The notes under the pieces were generated by a model. It saw nothing but the letters and a program-made list of their open reading frames with translations, made no database searches and was not told the origin of the DNA. Below are positions 9,158 to 20,600 of a stretch of 64,000 bases of DNA, piece by piece (position 1 is the first letter of the stretch; the number at the start of each line of letters is the position of its first letter). Source of the stretch: a virus; IMG/VR virus record IMGVR_UViG_3300020183_005033, positions 1 through 64,000 of that record, one strand, 5' to 3'. The translations under genes were made by a program, and so were the position numbers.

Positions 9158-10303
9158 TTAGTCCTCAAGGTCAATGTTGACTGTTTCGTTCTCTGATAGC
9201 TTCATAGAGGCTGTCATACATTGGCGTTCGACTGCTAGATAAGACGGAGTATCTGGGACAAGTGAGTCTTCTGTCTTCTCTTGTCCGTGAAACTTATGCT
9301 CTGCGCCTTTGTCATCCTTATATGCCCACCAGTGGAGGCTAGGCTTGCCTGAGTCGCCAGTTGGATGGTAGACAACGCCTAGCTTCTTAGCTAAGTTAAA
9401 TAGCGACCTGTTCCTATTGACAATCTGGCATGTTTCCATGTTGACTTGAAACTCAACAACACGACCCTCAACAGTATTGCGACTCTTAAGGACACGAGCA
9501 CGGATTGTCTTGCCAATCTTAACAGCATCCCTATCACTATTCTCAATGGTGTTGTTGTCGGCAGTCAAACCAGCGTCTTTGCGCTCTACGGACTCCATAA
9601 GGAGCATAAGGTCAGCTTGGTGTTTAAGCTTCTGCCCACCCGTCACAATCCACTTCTTAGGACCGCTTGGGTCGGCAGCCATGTCTTGAATAGCGTGTTG
9701 AATAAGAAAGCAAGCAACCTTGTTTTCAGCAGCCATGCGAGTCATAGCCTTAACCAACGGACCCATGACCTTAGCCATGCCGCCAAACTTGTTACCTGCC
9801 TGCTCAATCTCACCTTCCTTAATCTTCTTCTCGTCATATGCAGCGGTAGCGCCACCCAAGGAGTCTACGCCAATAGCGCAAAGACTACCTGGAGATTCCT
9901 TGACGCCCTCTTCAAGCATAGACAGCTTAGCAAATACCTTGTCTGGCTCATTAGAGCTGATAATCAAAAGGCGGTTCAGGTCAATACCAAACTGAGCAAG
10001 GCGGCGCACGCGGTCGGGCTTATTATGCAAATAATATTCAATATCAAAAATTACTGCGCCTGCTTCTGGATTAGCCTTCATAAGCTGACCAATCCAGTAG
10101 TACATAAGGAATGACTTGCAGGCTCCCGGGACGCCTGCAAGAATAGTGATACGGTCTGTAGGGATTTTGCCTGTGCCCCAGTTGAGGGCAGGGTCACCTG
10201 CGTCAAAGTTAGTCTTATCTTCCTGAGACGCAAGGTTGGCCGCCATGACTGCATAGTCTAGGTCACGGGTAAGCTTAGAAAAATAACCAGGTAGCTTAGC
10301 CAT
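9158..10303 (-). CDS. RecA/UvsX-like recombinase
   Basis: Variant Walker A GVPGACKS, FDIE, VDSLG, TGGQKLKH; AGGAGG RBS. Confidence 0.85.
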   Translation of the reverse strand: MAKLPGYFSKLTRDLDYAVMAANLASQEDKTNFDAGDPALNWGTGKIPTDRITILAGVPGACKSFLMYYWIGQLMKANPEAGAVIFDIEYYLHNKPDRVRRLAQFGIDLNRLLIISSNEPDKVFAKLSMLEEGVKESPGSLCAIGVDSLGGATAAYDEKKIKEGEIEQAGNKFGGMAKVMGPLVKAMTRMAAENKVACFLIQHAIQDMAADPSGPKKWIVTGGQKLKHQADLMLLMESVERKDAGLTADNNTIENSDRDAVKIGKTIRARVLKSRNTVEGRVVEFQVNMETCQIVNRNRSLFNLAKKLGVVYHPTGDSGKPSLHWWAYKDDKGAEHKFHGQEKTEDSLVPDTPSYLAVERQCMTASMKLSENETVNIDLED

Positions 10304-10347
10304 AAAAGTCCTCCTAACAATTAATAAAAATAAATGGAAGACTCTGA

Positions 10348-11268
10348 TTACTCAGAGTCTTTTTGAAACCCTAGTAGGGCTTCATTAATAACGCGGCGAG
10401 CGTCTGCTTTGTAATCTACAATGCGAGTTAGGTCACGCGCAAGCTTTTTTTCTTGCTCTTGTGTCAAACTTACAAATCTGTCCATAGAAACCGACTTTGG
10501 CTCGTAAACCAATGGGCAGCCCGACCAGACAACATTAATTTTTACATAACCGCCAAACAAAGAAACAGTTTCTTTTTCTTCTTTTTTAACTAGCTCTGTG
10601 GAGCATACAGCCTGAGCAACGCGGTCTGCAGCCTTAGCCTTAACAGCTTCACGGCCAAACAACCAGTAATCATCACGAATCAACTGTCGAAAACGCTCTA
10701 GCGGCAGTTGCATACGGTTTGCCTGGGCTGCGTCCATTGTCGTTGTGATTTGTTTCAAGAACTCTACAAAAGCGATTGCGTTTGGCTGAGGCTGCTGACG
10801 CAAACCAAATGAAGCAACGTGCTGCATCAAGATTGATGATTCGAGCACAACTCTTTCGTCGCACGCCTGCAAGATAACAAAAGACATTGAAGCTGAAAAG
10901 TCTGTAATACAAACGACTTTTTTATTTACGCTGCGGATAGCCTGAACAAGTTGAGCACCATCAATAACTGAGCCGCCCGGTGAGCTAAGAAATAGCTTTA
11001 CAGTTGATCCCTGATGGGACATCAACTCTCCAATAACCTTAGATACCGATGAGCCGGTAACCTCACCACGAAGTACAATTAGATTATCTGTTAGCAGCAT
11101 AGAGCTTTTTGAATCAGCTAGTCTTTGTTGACACTCAAGGCTTTGACAAGTTACGTCGCCGCTTGACTGAGTTAGAGCAGTCTTTTTGCTGTTATTTGAA
11201 AATTCTGATGCTACTGCCGTAGGAGCAAGAGCAAGTAGAATAGATGGCACGATAGATTTAAAAAACAC
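10348..11268 (-). CDS. ClpP-like protease with signal peptide
   Basis: GGAGG RBS then GTG start MFFKSIVPSILLALAPTAVA; SSPGGSV, SASMS, LMQH motifs. Confidence 0.75.
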   Translation of the reverse strand: MFFKSIVPSILLALAPTAVASEFSNNSKKTALTQSSGDVTCQSLECQQRLADSKSSMLLTDNLIVLRGEVTGSSVSKVIGELMSHQGSTVKLFLSSPGGSVIDGAQLVQAIRSVNKKVVCITDFSASMSFVILQACDERVVLESSILMQHVASFGLRQQPQPNAIAFVEFLKQITTTMDAAQANRMQLPLERFRQLIRDDYWLFGREAVKAKAADRVAQAVCSTELVKKEEKETVSLFGGYVKINVVWSGCPLVYEPKSVSMDRFVSLTQEQEKKLARDLTRIVDYKADARRVINEALLGFQKDSE

Positions 11269-11323
11269 AAAACCTCCAGTCGTTACAATAACATAAGAAA
11301 ACACCGTGTCTCTTATATCAAGA

Positions 11324-11803
11324 TTAAACCATACTTCCTGACATTTGTCTAGTCTCATTAAAGCCGTATCTTGAAGCTTTTATGCTGGACTGAGCCATAA
11401 TTAGATTCATCTTAATCAAATTAAGCTGTTCGAGCATAGCTTCATACATTGCTTCGCGCTGCTGAGCTGTTTGCACATCTGCATCAAGATTAACAAAGTG
11501 CTCTCTTAGGTCAGCAGTAGGCTTAGTAATATTCATATGTTGGCAGTATTCTGGAAATCGCTCTAGGGCGGCTAGAGCCTTAGAGCGTTTAACCTCAGAG
11601 CGTGCCATATTGAAACTATAAGTCACTGACCCCAAATAGCCACTCAAAAGGCTCATACCTTCAGACAGAGCCGAAATGGCTCTGTTGGCATCGTAGTCCG
11701 TCTTGAGTTCGTGAATATTTGATGCAATGACGAGATAGTTTTTAAGAGTATCAACATACTCAGGAATAACGTCCTGAGAATCAACCCGCTTTACTTCTTT
11801 CAT
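11324..11803 (-). CDS. helical protein, possible UvsY-like recombination mediator
   Basis: Coiled-coil; lies between the SSB and recA-like genes. Confidence 0.45.
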   Translation of the reverse strand: MKEVKRVDSQDVIPEYVDTLKNYLVIASNIHELKTDYDANRAISALSEGMSLLSGYLGSVTYSFNMARSEVKRSKALAALERFPEYCQHMNITKPTADLREHFVNLDADVQTAQQREAMYEAMLEQLNLIKMNLIMAQSSIKASRYGFNETRQMSGSMV

Positions 11804-11845
11804 AGCTTCCCCCCCTATTCTTCCGTGTTTGCGAGTGTTCCGGAA

Positions 11846-12811
11846 TTACCGGAACACTGCATCGAGAGCATCGTCAATAGATGACTGTGGTGCCGCCTTT
11901 GGGGCTGCCGGTTTAGCCTGTGGTGCCGGAACACTGGCTTTGGGCAACATAGAAGGCACGTCGTCTTCTTCTACTGGGGCTGATACCGTAGTCGTATTGC
12001 TACGGCGGTCTGGGTTCTGACCAGTAGCAAGGTACTCTTGCACTTCTCCCAAAGTCCACATATAGTTAGACGCAATCTCAACAACATCTGGCAAGTCAGA
12101 TTCCTTAAGGCTTTTAAGAGCTTGTGACGGCTCAGCCTTAAAGACCGCCAAAACAGGGTCATCAAGTCCTTCAACCTTCTGCTCTGTTCTGTAGAGGTCT
12201 ACAGAATACTCAGTATTCAAGCCTGAGCCTGTGCGTGAAATGCGCAGCCAACCCGTAGGAGCCATCGTGTTGAACAGGTTTGTGCCCTTACGACGCAAAG
12301 TCTGATACAAGCCCTCTTGCGCCGGCTTGTCAGCATAAGCTTCTGTACCAAACAGAATCTTAATGACAGTCTCAGGCACCTCAAGTGCTTCGACCTTGTC
12401 TGACCCCAAGACGTTTACAAGGAGAACGCCTCTGCGTGTTGGTCTGTGAATCTTAGCCTGAGCGTCAAGCTCTTTGTACTCAGCACTTTCCTTGTTCTTG
12501 ATTTCTTTTTGCTTCTTCTTCAATTCCATAAAGAGTTCAAACTGAGGGTCTTTCTGACCCTGAACTTGCAATGATGGACGTGTCCAGTTGGCCATAGTGC
12601 CATCTGGCATCTTCTTCTTGTAGGTAAACTTATTGAAGCCATAGTAGAAGGCAGGATTGCCTCCTCCATCCTTCATGTAGACAATAGGGATGATTTTGCA
12701 AATAAGTGGCTTGCCGTCTGGCACGCTCAGCGCCTTGGGGCGTCCACCAGCGGAGCCAGATTTTGCAGTCTCAGGAAGAGCATCAGGATTAAAATTATCA
12801 AGAAATGACAT
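11846..12811 (-). CDS. phage single-stranded DNA-binding protein (gp32-like)
   Basis: RTGSGLNTEYSV motif, acidic tail IDDALDAVFR, replication context. Confidence 0.65.
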   Translation of the reverse strand: MSFLDNFNPDALPETAKSGSAGGRPKALSVPDGKPLICKIIPIVYMKDGGGNPAFYYGFNKFTYKKKMPDGTMANWTRPSLQVQGQKDPQFELFMELKKKQKEIKNKESAEYKELDAQAKIHRPTRRGVLLVNVLGSDKVEALEVPETVIKILFGTEAYADKPAQEGLYQTLRRKGTNLFNTMAPTGWLRISRTGSGLNTEYSVDLYRTEQKVEGLDDPVLAVFKAEPSQALKSLKESDLPDVVEIASNYMWTLGEVQEYLATGQNPDRRSNTTTVSAPVEEDDVPSMLPKASVPAPQAKPAAPKAAPQSSIDDALDAVFR

Positions 12812-12826
12812 AGTATGTACCTCCAA

Positions 12827-13480
12827 TTAAACATGTTTAGCAATAAATTCAAAAGATGTGTCAGCGTTCTCCGCGTTCACAATAAGAGTATCGTCAAAAA
12901 TTAGATTATCTTTAGGCGCATCAGAAATAAGTAATAGTTTTGATGACATAGCCCTTAGTGTAGAAAAATAATCTTCAGAAATGTCATGAACTACCGTAAA
13001 GTATACCTTAGTGTCTGTTCGCTGTGTATCGAACATACAGCTCAGAGTCGTACCATCTTGGCAGTTAACCAAGTAATCTAAAACACGCGCATAGTCATAA
13101 GCCTCCTTTACTACCAAATCAACATTATTATAAGACCTGACAGGGTCGTCAGAAACACGGCAAACTTCATTAAAGTGCATCATAACTTCTTGAAGCAGCA
13201 TAAGAGAGACTGACTCAGATAGCTCCATAATGTCTTTTGATGGCTCTGGGAGTCTATGGGAGTATCCCTCTTCTCTAAGGTAATTAACAGCATCCATGAC
13301 AAATAGCCCCGGCCATGGCATGTACTTAGCCTGAGCTTCTAGGAGCTGCTGTATCACTCCTTGAAAGATGCTATTGTCTTTTGACTTCAACACAACCCAC
13401 ACTGGCACAGGGGTGTGCTTGCTGTAAATAGTTGACTGTTTGTCTCTGAACGCCCAGCGGCTTTTCTCAAGTCTTTGCAT
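12827..13480 (-). CDS. hypothetical protein
   Basis: 217 aa in the replication block. Confidence 0.65.
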   Translation of the reverse strand: MQRLEKSRWAFRDKQSTIYSKHTPVPVWVVLKSKDNSIFQGVIQQLLEAQAKYMPWPGLFVMDAVNYLREEGYSHRLPEPSKDIMELSESVSLMLLQEVMMHFNEVCRVSDDPVRSYNNVDLVVKEAYDYARVLDYLVNCQDGTTLSCMFDTQRTDTKVYFTVVHDISEDYFSTLRAMSSKLLLISDAPKDNLIFDDTLIVNAENADTSFEFIAKHV

Positions 13481-14039
13481 TTGCTTTGCCTTTCTTCTTT
13501 GTAGACTTTTTCTTCTTTGGTTTGACTTCTTTTTCTACAATAAACTGACCATATTCTTTATACCAATAAGCAATCAACAGGGCATCTATGATTCCCTCGT
13601 GGGGCTTACTGCTTCTTTTTGTAGCAAGAAAATCCTCTGAAGGAAAGAACTTTTTTGCAACCTGTAGGCTTCTAGCCTTGGCGTCCTCCAAAGTAGACTC
13701 TGTTTCATGGAGTTTTGTTGCCCAAGTACGGGGAGCAACTAATGCTACATTGTCTGCATAAACAGAAGCCATGGCAAAGAGCAGACCGAAGTTATAGCCA
13801 GAAGTCCAAGCTGAGCTGACCCCCTCCCCCGGTCTTGGTGCCTGCCTTTCCAAAACTACAACATCCGGCTTATAGTTAATCATAAGTTTTCTGACTTCAG
13901 TCAGATTGATTGTAGACTTCTTATTTTTAAGGTTTTTATCAATCGGCATCCTGCCGCGAGCAACGACCACGGAACCATCAAATATTGCATATCCGCCGGA
14001 AATACCCGGGTCAAAAGCCATAATAATTCTTATTTTCAT
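13467..14039 (-). CDS. RuvC-like Holliday junction resolvase
   Basis: FDPGISGG, VVLERQ, DALLIA. Confidence 0.85.
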   Translation of the reverse strand: MKIRIIMAFDPGISGGYAIFDGSVVVARGRMPIDKNLKNKKSTINLTEVRKLMINYKPDVVVLERQAPRPGEGVSSAWTSGYNFGLLFAMASVYADNVALVAPRTWATKLHETESTLEDAKARSLQVAKKFFPSEDFLATKRSSKPHEGIIDALLIAYWYKEYGQFIVEKEVKPKKKKSTKKKGKANAKT

Positions 14040-15037
14040 AAATTATTCCAATCAATAAGATTATCCGTCTTATTTATAATAAATTCTGGCTTCTTTGTCA
14101 ATTCTCCTGCCTCTTGCATTAGTTTTTCTATAGTAGGCAGAACGCGGTCGTTGTGCATTTCAGGGTCTTTGAAACAATGAAAGATAGCTTCTGACCCAGT
14201 AATGTGCAAGTTGTCTCCGTGATTATCTCCGCCCTCTTCTCTGCAGCAAGGACAAGCAACCTGCAATCTGCCGCCAATCTCTGTTGATAGTCCAAGATAT
14301 GTATTCACATACCAATTTATTTTCTTAACGATATCTTTTCTGTCATGCGACGCAGGTGATGCTTGAGCGTCTTTTTGGAAGATTTGATGCCATTTTGTTT
14401 GTTTGTATCGCTCTTCAAATTCAGGTGAGTAAATGATATCAAAAAGTTCTTGATTATTAACTCTGTCAGATATTTCGACAATCTGCTGTACTGTGCCGCC
14501 ACGTCTAGCATTTGGAAACCGAGTGAAGCGAGCGGGGTCACTACATGCACGGTCATTTTTCTCTTCGCACAAATGATGAATCCTGTAAAAGATGTCTTTG
14601 TATTGTAATAAGCCATTGCTTTTAAGTTCTCCTACATGGTGGTAGAGTGGCTCTTTAAGGGAAATGATAAAGTGGTAGGACTTGCCGCCAGAATAGACAC
14701 AAGCAGAGTAGGGTAGACCTAGCTTCTTCATGAATGGAATTTGCTCTTCAAGCGGTAACTTATCAAATTCAATAAGAAAATTTCTAAGAACAAATACATT
14801 TTCAGAAGTTTTATTAATATTAATTTGCTTAGCAGCGTTGACGGCAATGTAGGCACCCTTTTCAAAATCCCTATCAATAAAGTTGACTATGGCCTGTTCT
14901 TTGGGCATAGAGAAATGCTTTTGGAGCAGGTAGTCGGTTGCCCAGACATACTGTTCCTCCCCATATAAAAGAGTCATGTACTTAATAACCGGCATCAACG
15001 CTTCCTTACTGATGCCGTCCCTTGGGGTTTTACGCAC
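14036..15037 (-). CDS. AEP-family primase with C-terminal Zn-binding region
   Basis: IEFD, SGGKSYH, DPARFTRFP; CPCC...HCF. Confidence 0.7.
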   Translation of the reverse strand: MRKTPRDGISKEALMPVIKYMTLLYGEEQYVWATDYLLQKHFSMPKEQAIVNFIDRDFEKGAYIAVNAAKQININKTSENVFVLRNFLIEFDKLPLEEQIPFMKKLGLPYSACVYSGGKSYHFIISLKEPLYHHVGELKSNGLLQYKDIFYRIHHLCEEKNDRACSDPARFTRFPNARRGGTVQQIVEISDRVNNQELFDIIYSPEFEERYKQTKWHQIFQKDAQASPASHDRKDIVKKINWYVNTYLGLSTEIGGRLQVACPCCREEGGDNHGDNLHITGSEAIFHCFKDPEMHNDRVLPTIEKLMQEAGELTKKPEFIINKTDNLIDWNNL

Positions 15038-15051
15038 AACCTCCCCCTTAA

Positions 15052-16068
15052 TTAAAAATTGTCATAATCGTCATTAAAACCCATTGAGCGCTGTTCTTTC
15101 TTAAGACCGCCCGACTCCGCTCTCTTGCGCTGTAATAGCACCTCAGCTACCGCCTCCGCAAGAGGAATATCATACAGCTCATGACGCAACACAGCTTCCT
15201 TGCTGTAAGCAGGAGTCATCTTAGTGCCTGCAAACAATTGCTTCTCATCGGCAGTTAGCTCTCTATCCATGAACTTTTCTACAAGAAAAATAATTTCTTC
15301 GTCTTTTGGGGGTTCTACTTCGCGAACAATGTCGAATCGTCCGGGTCTGCTGGTCAAAGTTTTATTCAATACATCCAAGTAGTTAGTTGTAGCCACAACA
15401 AGAGTTGGGATTCTAAAGACATCTGCGTTACCGTCTAAAAAGTTAAGAAGGTCGGAATCAACCCGCCCTGCTCTCTCTTCTAGTCCAGACCCACCAATAT
15501 CTTCAATGACCAGCAAAATAAGGCTGGCTGCTGTCTCTTGCGCATTGGAAAACATATCAATAAGAGTCTCAAAACTAACTTGCTGAGAATCTACCCTAAG
15601 AATACAAGCCTTGGGCATCTTAACAATCTGACGGCAAAAATAGTTAATGAGGCTAGACTTACCTACCCCCGGTTCGCTGCCAAACAGAAATCCCCGCTTA
15701 GGGGCAATTTTTCTTTTCTTATAAATATCCAATTTTGACATAAACACATCAAAATGCTTCATAAGCTCTCTCGAAGTGTCTGTCTCGTAATACTGAACTT
15801 CGGTCAACTCCATAGGCTGTAGCCCCTCTTCAGGGGTAATACGCCATGCGCCTTCAGTAATCTTGTAGGTTTCTTTTGTCTTAGGAGTTTGGATGTCCAT
15901 ATCTAGCAAATGAGGTTCAGATACCTTAACGACATTTCCTAGCTCATCTACCGACTCAATGGTCTTATTGACAACGAGCTGATAGTTGCCCAACTCTACC
16001 TGCAAACCTGGCTGAAGCTTAGTAATGCTGCGTACCTTAGCAATCTTAGACATAAAAAACTCCGTCAA
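15052..16068 (-). CDS. AAA+ ATPase
   Basis: GSEPGVGKS, VIEDI, ATTN, RPGRFD. Confidence 0.85.
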   Translation of the reverse strand: MTEFFMSKIAKVRSITKLQPGLQVELGNYQLVVNKTIESVDELGNVVKVSEPHLLDMDIQTPKTKETYKITEGAWRITPEEGLQPMELTEVQYYETDTSRELMKHFDVFMSKLDIYKKRKIAPKRGFLFGSEPGVGKSSLINYFCRQIVKMPKACILRVDSQQVSFETLIDMFSNAQETAASLILLVIEDIGGSGLEERAGRVDSDLLNFLDGNADVFRIPTLVVATTNYLDVLNKTLTSRPGRFDIVREVEPPKDEEIIFLVEKFMDRELTADEKQLFAGTKMTPAYSKEAVLRHELYDIPLAEAVAEVLLQRKRAESGGLKKEQRSMGFNDDYDNF

Positions 16069-16334
16069 ATGCTAAAAATCAAATCGTCCATTGATACATA
16101 AGTTCCAGAAAGAGCACCGGAAGCCTCTGCACATATTTGCGGGTCTATAACATCGCTATGCCAGATAGCATTGTCGGAAGACTTGGTAATTGCGGCTATT
16201 GCAACAAATGATTCACTATCATCAATCCAATATTGAGAAATAGTCAAAATAAGCCTCGGAGCGTCATCATCAACATAAAAGGCATTTTGCGAAGTTTGCG
16301 CCAAACCGCCATTCATGTATCTATTTGCTCTCAT
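16065..16334 (-). CDS. hypothetical protein
   Basis: 89 aa; shares YVD..P.R segment with its neighbour. Confidence 0.5.
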   Translation of the reverse strand: MRANRYMNGGLAQTSQNAFYVDDDAPRLILTISQYWIDDSESFVAIAAITKSSDNAIWHSDVIDPQICAEASGALSGTYVSMDDLIFSI

Positions 16335-16587
16335 CTTTTGTCTCCTGAATCAGTTTGCAAGCCCATCTTTCTTGTTGTTTCGGTTTAAATTTTGGGTCGT
16401 AGGCGTCAAAACATCTCAGTCTACCTGTAGCATCACTAAAACCTAAAGCATAAATGTCTATAAACATTTTGCCGTTTTCTAACACATACGCCAAAATGCT
16501 TTGAATCCTAGCCGGAGACTCATCAACATAGTGGGTGTCCTGCTTGGTTTGTTCTGGGCTGCTGAGGTCTACGTAATTAGCTTTCAT
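16321..16587 (-). CDS. hypothetical protein
   Basis: 88 aa; likely paralog of 16065..16334. Confidence 0.5.
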   Translation of the reverse strand: MKANYVDLSSPEQTKQDTHYVDESPARIQSILAYVLENGKMFIDIYALGFSDATGRLRCFDAYDPKFKPKQQERWACKLIQETKDESK

Positions 16588-17594
16588 TGCTCTTCTACAT
16601 CCTCCGCTGGAATTAACACAAAGTTGTCATTCATCTGCCAAGTCGTAATATCTTTCCCATACTTGTAAGGATAACGGACTTTTTGAATCTTAATCCAAGT
16701 ACGCACTTCGTTATTGGCATTGACCTTCTTTACAAGCATAAGGCCGTGGGTAGCATGGGTCAATGACTCTTTTGATTTTCTCAAACAGCTAAACATATCC
16801 CACTGAAAGGCGGAGCGCCCTGCTGGCGGATACATTTGCTGGAAACAAATCACTGGAGCGTACTTAGGAGACTTTCTGCTGTTGATTCTTAAACCAAACT
16901 GCTGACTCATAGTTTCAATCTTCTTAAAGTCTTCTACCTTGCCCTTCCCTGTATAGCCAATATCGGCCATGGCGTTGGAGAGCTGGTCAACAAAAATTAA
17001 GTCAGGGTTAAACTCCTGGGCACACCTAAACGTATAAGTACAGAGAGTCAGCCAGCCCAAGGACAGCCCTTGAGACGACTCCGCATCTTCAATTCGTGAA
17101 TACTGATAAACCTTTCTGAATGCTTTTTCGTAAGAAATTTCTAACATTGCAGCCAACTTACGGCTGATTTCGTTTCTGTATGCCTCAATTGGCAACTCAT
17201 TAGAGACAATCAGGATTCTTCGTTTGGCTGCAATAGCGTGGGCGGCTGACTGCATACAGAATGTTGACTTACCATTGCCTGTGGGCGCACCTACAACTAC
17301 AAATGCTTTTTTGTGTAGAGTTAATTGGAAATCATCGGAGAAGAATGGAACGCGGTCTTCAACCATGTCTTGGAAGTCTTTGGCTTCCGTTAGAGCTTGC
17401 TCAACGAGCCGCTCTTTAAAATCATCTTCGGCTTCTCTTTGCTGGCGTTCAGACTCAGCCAAAAGTTCTCTAATCTGTGCAGGATTTATCAAAATATCTT
17501 TTTGAGTATCTCCAGCTTTAACGGAGACACTCCAAAGGGTATCTGACCCTATATCGCCAAATTGTGGGCTTGTTGATTCGTCTATTTCTGACAC
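16584..17594 (-). CDS. DnaB/SF4-like replicative helicase (divergent)
   Basis: GAPTGNGKST, VSNE, IFVDQL, QKVRY; adjacent to DnaE. Confidence 0.7.
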   Translation of the reverse strand: MSEIDESTSPQFGDIGSDTLWSVSVKAGDTQKDILINPAQIRELLAESERQQREAEDDFKERLVEQALTEAKDFQDMVEDRVPFFSDDFQLTLHKKAFVVVGAPTGNGKSTFCMQSAAHAIAAKRRILIVSNELPIEAYRNEISRKLAAMLEISYEKAFRKVYQYSRIEDAESSQGLSLGWLTLCTYTFRCAQEFNPDLIFVDQLSNAMADIGYTGKGKVEDFKKIETMSQQFGLRINSRKSPKYAPVICFQQMYPPAGRSAFQWDMFSCLRKSKESLTHATHGLMLVKKVNANNEVRTWIKIQKVRYPYKYGKDITTWQMNDNFVLIPAEDVEEQ

Positions 17595-17637
17595 ATCACC
17601 CTCAACTATAAGTTTGCCTGCCTATCGGCATCTCAAA

Positions 17638-20600
17638 TCATAACTTTAGTTCCATCAACGGAACTACTCTCTTCATATCTGGATAATACTTTCCATTCCA
17701 TAATTTAGGAGTCATCAAAACCATAACAATTTTTTTTGTTTTAAGGTGTTCTTCGTACTTGGCCACCGACGAACCAAATACGTTAATACCTTCTATCTTA
17801 TCTGTGCCAGTATCTAAAGTAAAACTCAAGTAATTATTTCCTGCTTTTGAAAGCTTGGTTTCTACCTTTGTGACAATACCCACAACTCCTGCAAGTATTC
17901 TAGGCTCTTGTGTATAAGAAATATATCTTCTAACACTGTCTGAAGATTCAATTACCTTTGACCACGACTCGATAATGTCCATACGAGGAGCTTTAACGCC
18001 GCCTTCTGTATTCTTGGCATCAGTTTCCTTAAACTCAATGGGGCGAGTAAACAAAATATTGTCGTCTACGTCGCCTTCTTGAAAGCCAAACTTATCAACA
18101 ATCATCTTACTAATGTCTTTTAATAGGGCGACACTGTAGCTGTAAATAGGATTATTCTCTGACCGCCACAAAGACAAAGTAAACTCATCTTCAATCATAG
18201 ACAGAGTGACTGTCTGAGTTCTTTTAAGTTTTCCGCCCGTTGACTTAGATTGCATAGCATCACGTAATTGAGAGGCATGAATAATAATATTCTTAGTATC
18301 GTCTGTCTGTAGAGGTAAAATTTCTTTAAAGGCTCCTGCATACAAAAGATTGACTACAGCGGCTGCTGTAAACTGAGTACGCTGTTTGGCTTTCTTAGAG
18401 TCAGCTAAAGCTAGGAGGAAATTGCCCCACTGATGGTCTGGATTAGAGATATCCACATGCTGGCGAATAAACTCGCCAACGGCCTTAGCCGCCTCGATAC
18501 CAACACCTTTAATCATAGCCAACGGAGCGCGAATTTTATCGCCTTCTACAATCCATTCATGGGAGTGAGAATGAAGAGCAGAGGGCTGCACGACATATTC
18601 ACGGCACTCGGACAGGAAGGCCAGAATCTTTTCTTCTTTACCGCGATTGACTGTAAGTTTGCCTAGCCAGTAGTAAGCAGGATAATAACACTTAATCATA
18701 GCTTCAATGTAAGCAATGACACCGTAGGATGCAGAATGGCTTTTATTAAAGGAATATCGAGCACTTGCGACTACTGTATCAGCCAACCGTTGCGCTTGTT
18801 CTTCTGTCCATCCCCTGCAAATCGCCGCTTGTTTAAGGTCATCGCACAACGAGTCCATTAGTTTCTTGTCTTTTTTGCCAGATGCTCGTCGCCAGTCATC
18901 TGCTTGTTGATCATTTAATCCAAGAATCAATTTGGCAATCGCCATGAGTTGCTCTTGGTAAACAAGAACTCCATACGTCTCAGACAAAATTGGCTCTAGC
19001 TCAGGATGGACGTAATAAGCAGATTTACGATTATTAGAACATTCAACGTAATAATCAGCGGCAGTAAGAACACTCCCGTCAGGAGCAGGAGCATCAAGAG
19101 CACCTGGGCGACAGAGAGCAATAAGGGCAGCCAAGTCCTTGACATTTTTTGGCGGAGCTTTTTTAATAAAGGGAGCGACGGCTCCACCACTAATTTGAAA
19201 AATGCCGGAAATCTTGTTTTGATGAATGACATCCGTGAAAACTTTGTCATCATGCTCTGGCTGCTTCCAGTCAAATACGACACCCAAATTTTCTTGTATT
19301 GCTTTAAAGCTATGCGACAGGCTTTCAAGAGTCTTAACACCGAGAAAATCGAATTTAACCCCTCCAACATATTCTACCCATTTCATCGTATAAGCTGTTG
19401 CTAATTGGTCATTAACTTTGGTTAAGGGAATAATACTTTGGATAGGAACTGGAGTAATAACGACTCCGCCTGCATGCACACCGCGAGTTTTGGGGATGCC
19501 CGAACAAGCCAAAACAACTTCCCAAATCTCTTTTTCTGTTTCAATATAATTCTTGAGTTTTTCGGCAGCTTGGGAGCCGCTTTCTAAAAATCCCTGCACA
19601 TGTTCGCCTGTAGACTCGTCTTCGTATCCAAACAAGAAATGGAGGTCAGATACCCCTTGTGGAACAAAGGGCATATCATCTAGCACGTCTTCCGTTGAAG
19701 AGCGCACCTTGCCGAACATCCACCGCTCGACTTCGCGAATAGTCAACTTAAGACGCATAGCAACGTCTGTAGAAATCAAAGCCATGTTGTCTTGATACTT
19801 AGCCTTTAGGTAGTCCAAACAGACTTCGCGGATAGAGATGTCGAGGTCAATGTCAGGAAATGAACCGCCTTTAACGCGGCCTTCGTTTAGAAATCGTGAA
19901 AACGGAAGTTTCCATTCAATAGGGTCAATAATAGAAACACCAATCAAATACAAAACCAATGACGAGCAGCCAGAACCACGGGGGTTGGCAAGGTAGCCGC
20001 GCTCGCGCATAGCAATACAAACATCATGTACCGTAAATACGTATGGTAGAAAGTCGTAGCCCAACTGAGTTAGTACGCGAATCTCTTCTTTAAGACGCTC
20101 TGAATAAATAACTGCCTTTTCTGGGTCTTTAGGAAACCGGCCTGTCTCAACAATCAGTTTCTTTAAATGCTGAACAGACGAAGTATCTGAAGACACATTG
20201 TAAACAGACTCCATTGTTGGGAGCAAATGTCTGTTTTTGCTTGTAAGGAACTTGTAGCCTCTAAATTGTTCAAAAATCTTATATGAGTTGTCTACCCACT
20301 CTTCGATATCCCTCGAAGTAATGTCGGGCATTTGCTTCATGAGTGAGTCAGCCCACACTTCAGTTGGCTCTAATGAATATGAACAACTAAACCGCCAGTT
20401 GTCACCAAGACGAACGTCTTGTACAACTTTATGGTCTTCTACAGCAACGTGGGCGTCCTCTGAAATAACAATGGGGTCTTTGTACTTACGAGCCATCTGA
20501 ACCATAAATTGGTTACTGGCTTTCTGTAGGTCAATAGGCGAACCGCACTCATCGAGGTCGTTTGGAACAAACATTCCTGACTTGATGATTTCTTTTGATA

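Noticed and set aside
9446-10114. 222-aa plus-strand ORF and similar overlapping ORFs
   Set aside because: Antisense to well-supported genes, with no motifs or RBS.
10348-11268. ClpP-like gene as the prohead protease that cuts the LxK motif
   Set aside because: It has a signal peptide and lies in the replication block; the head protease is probably outside this window.
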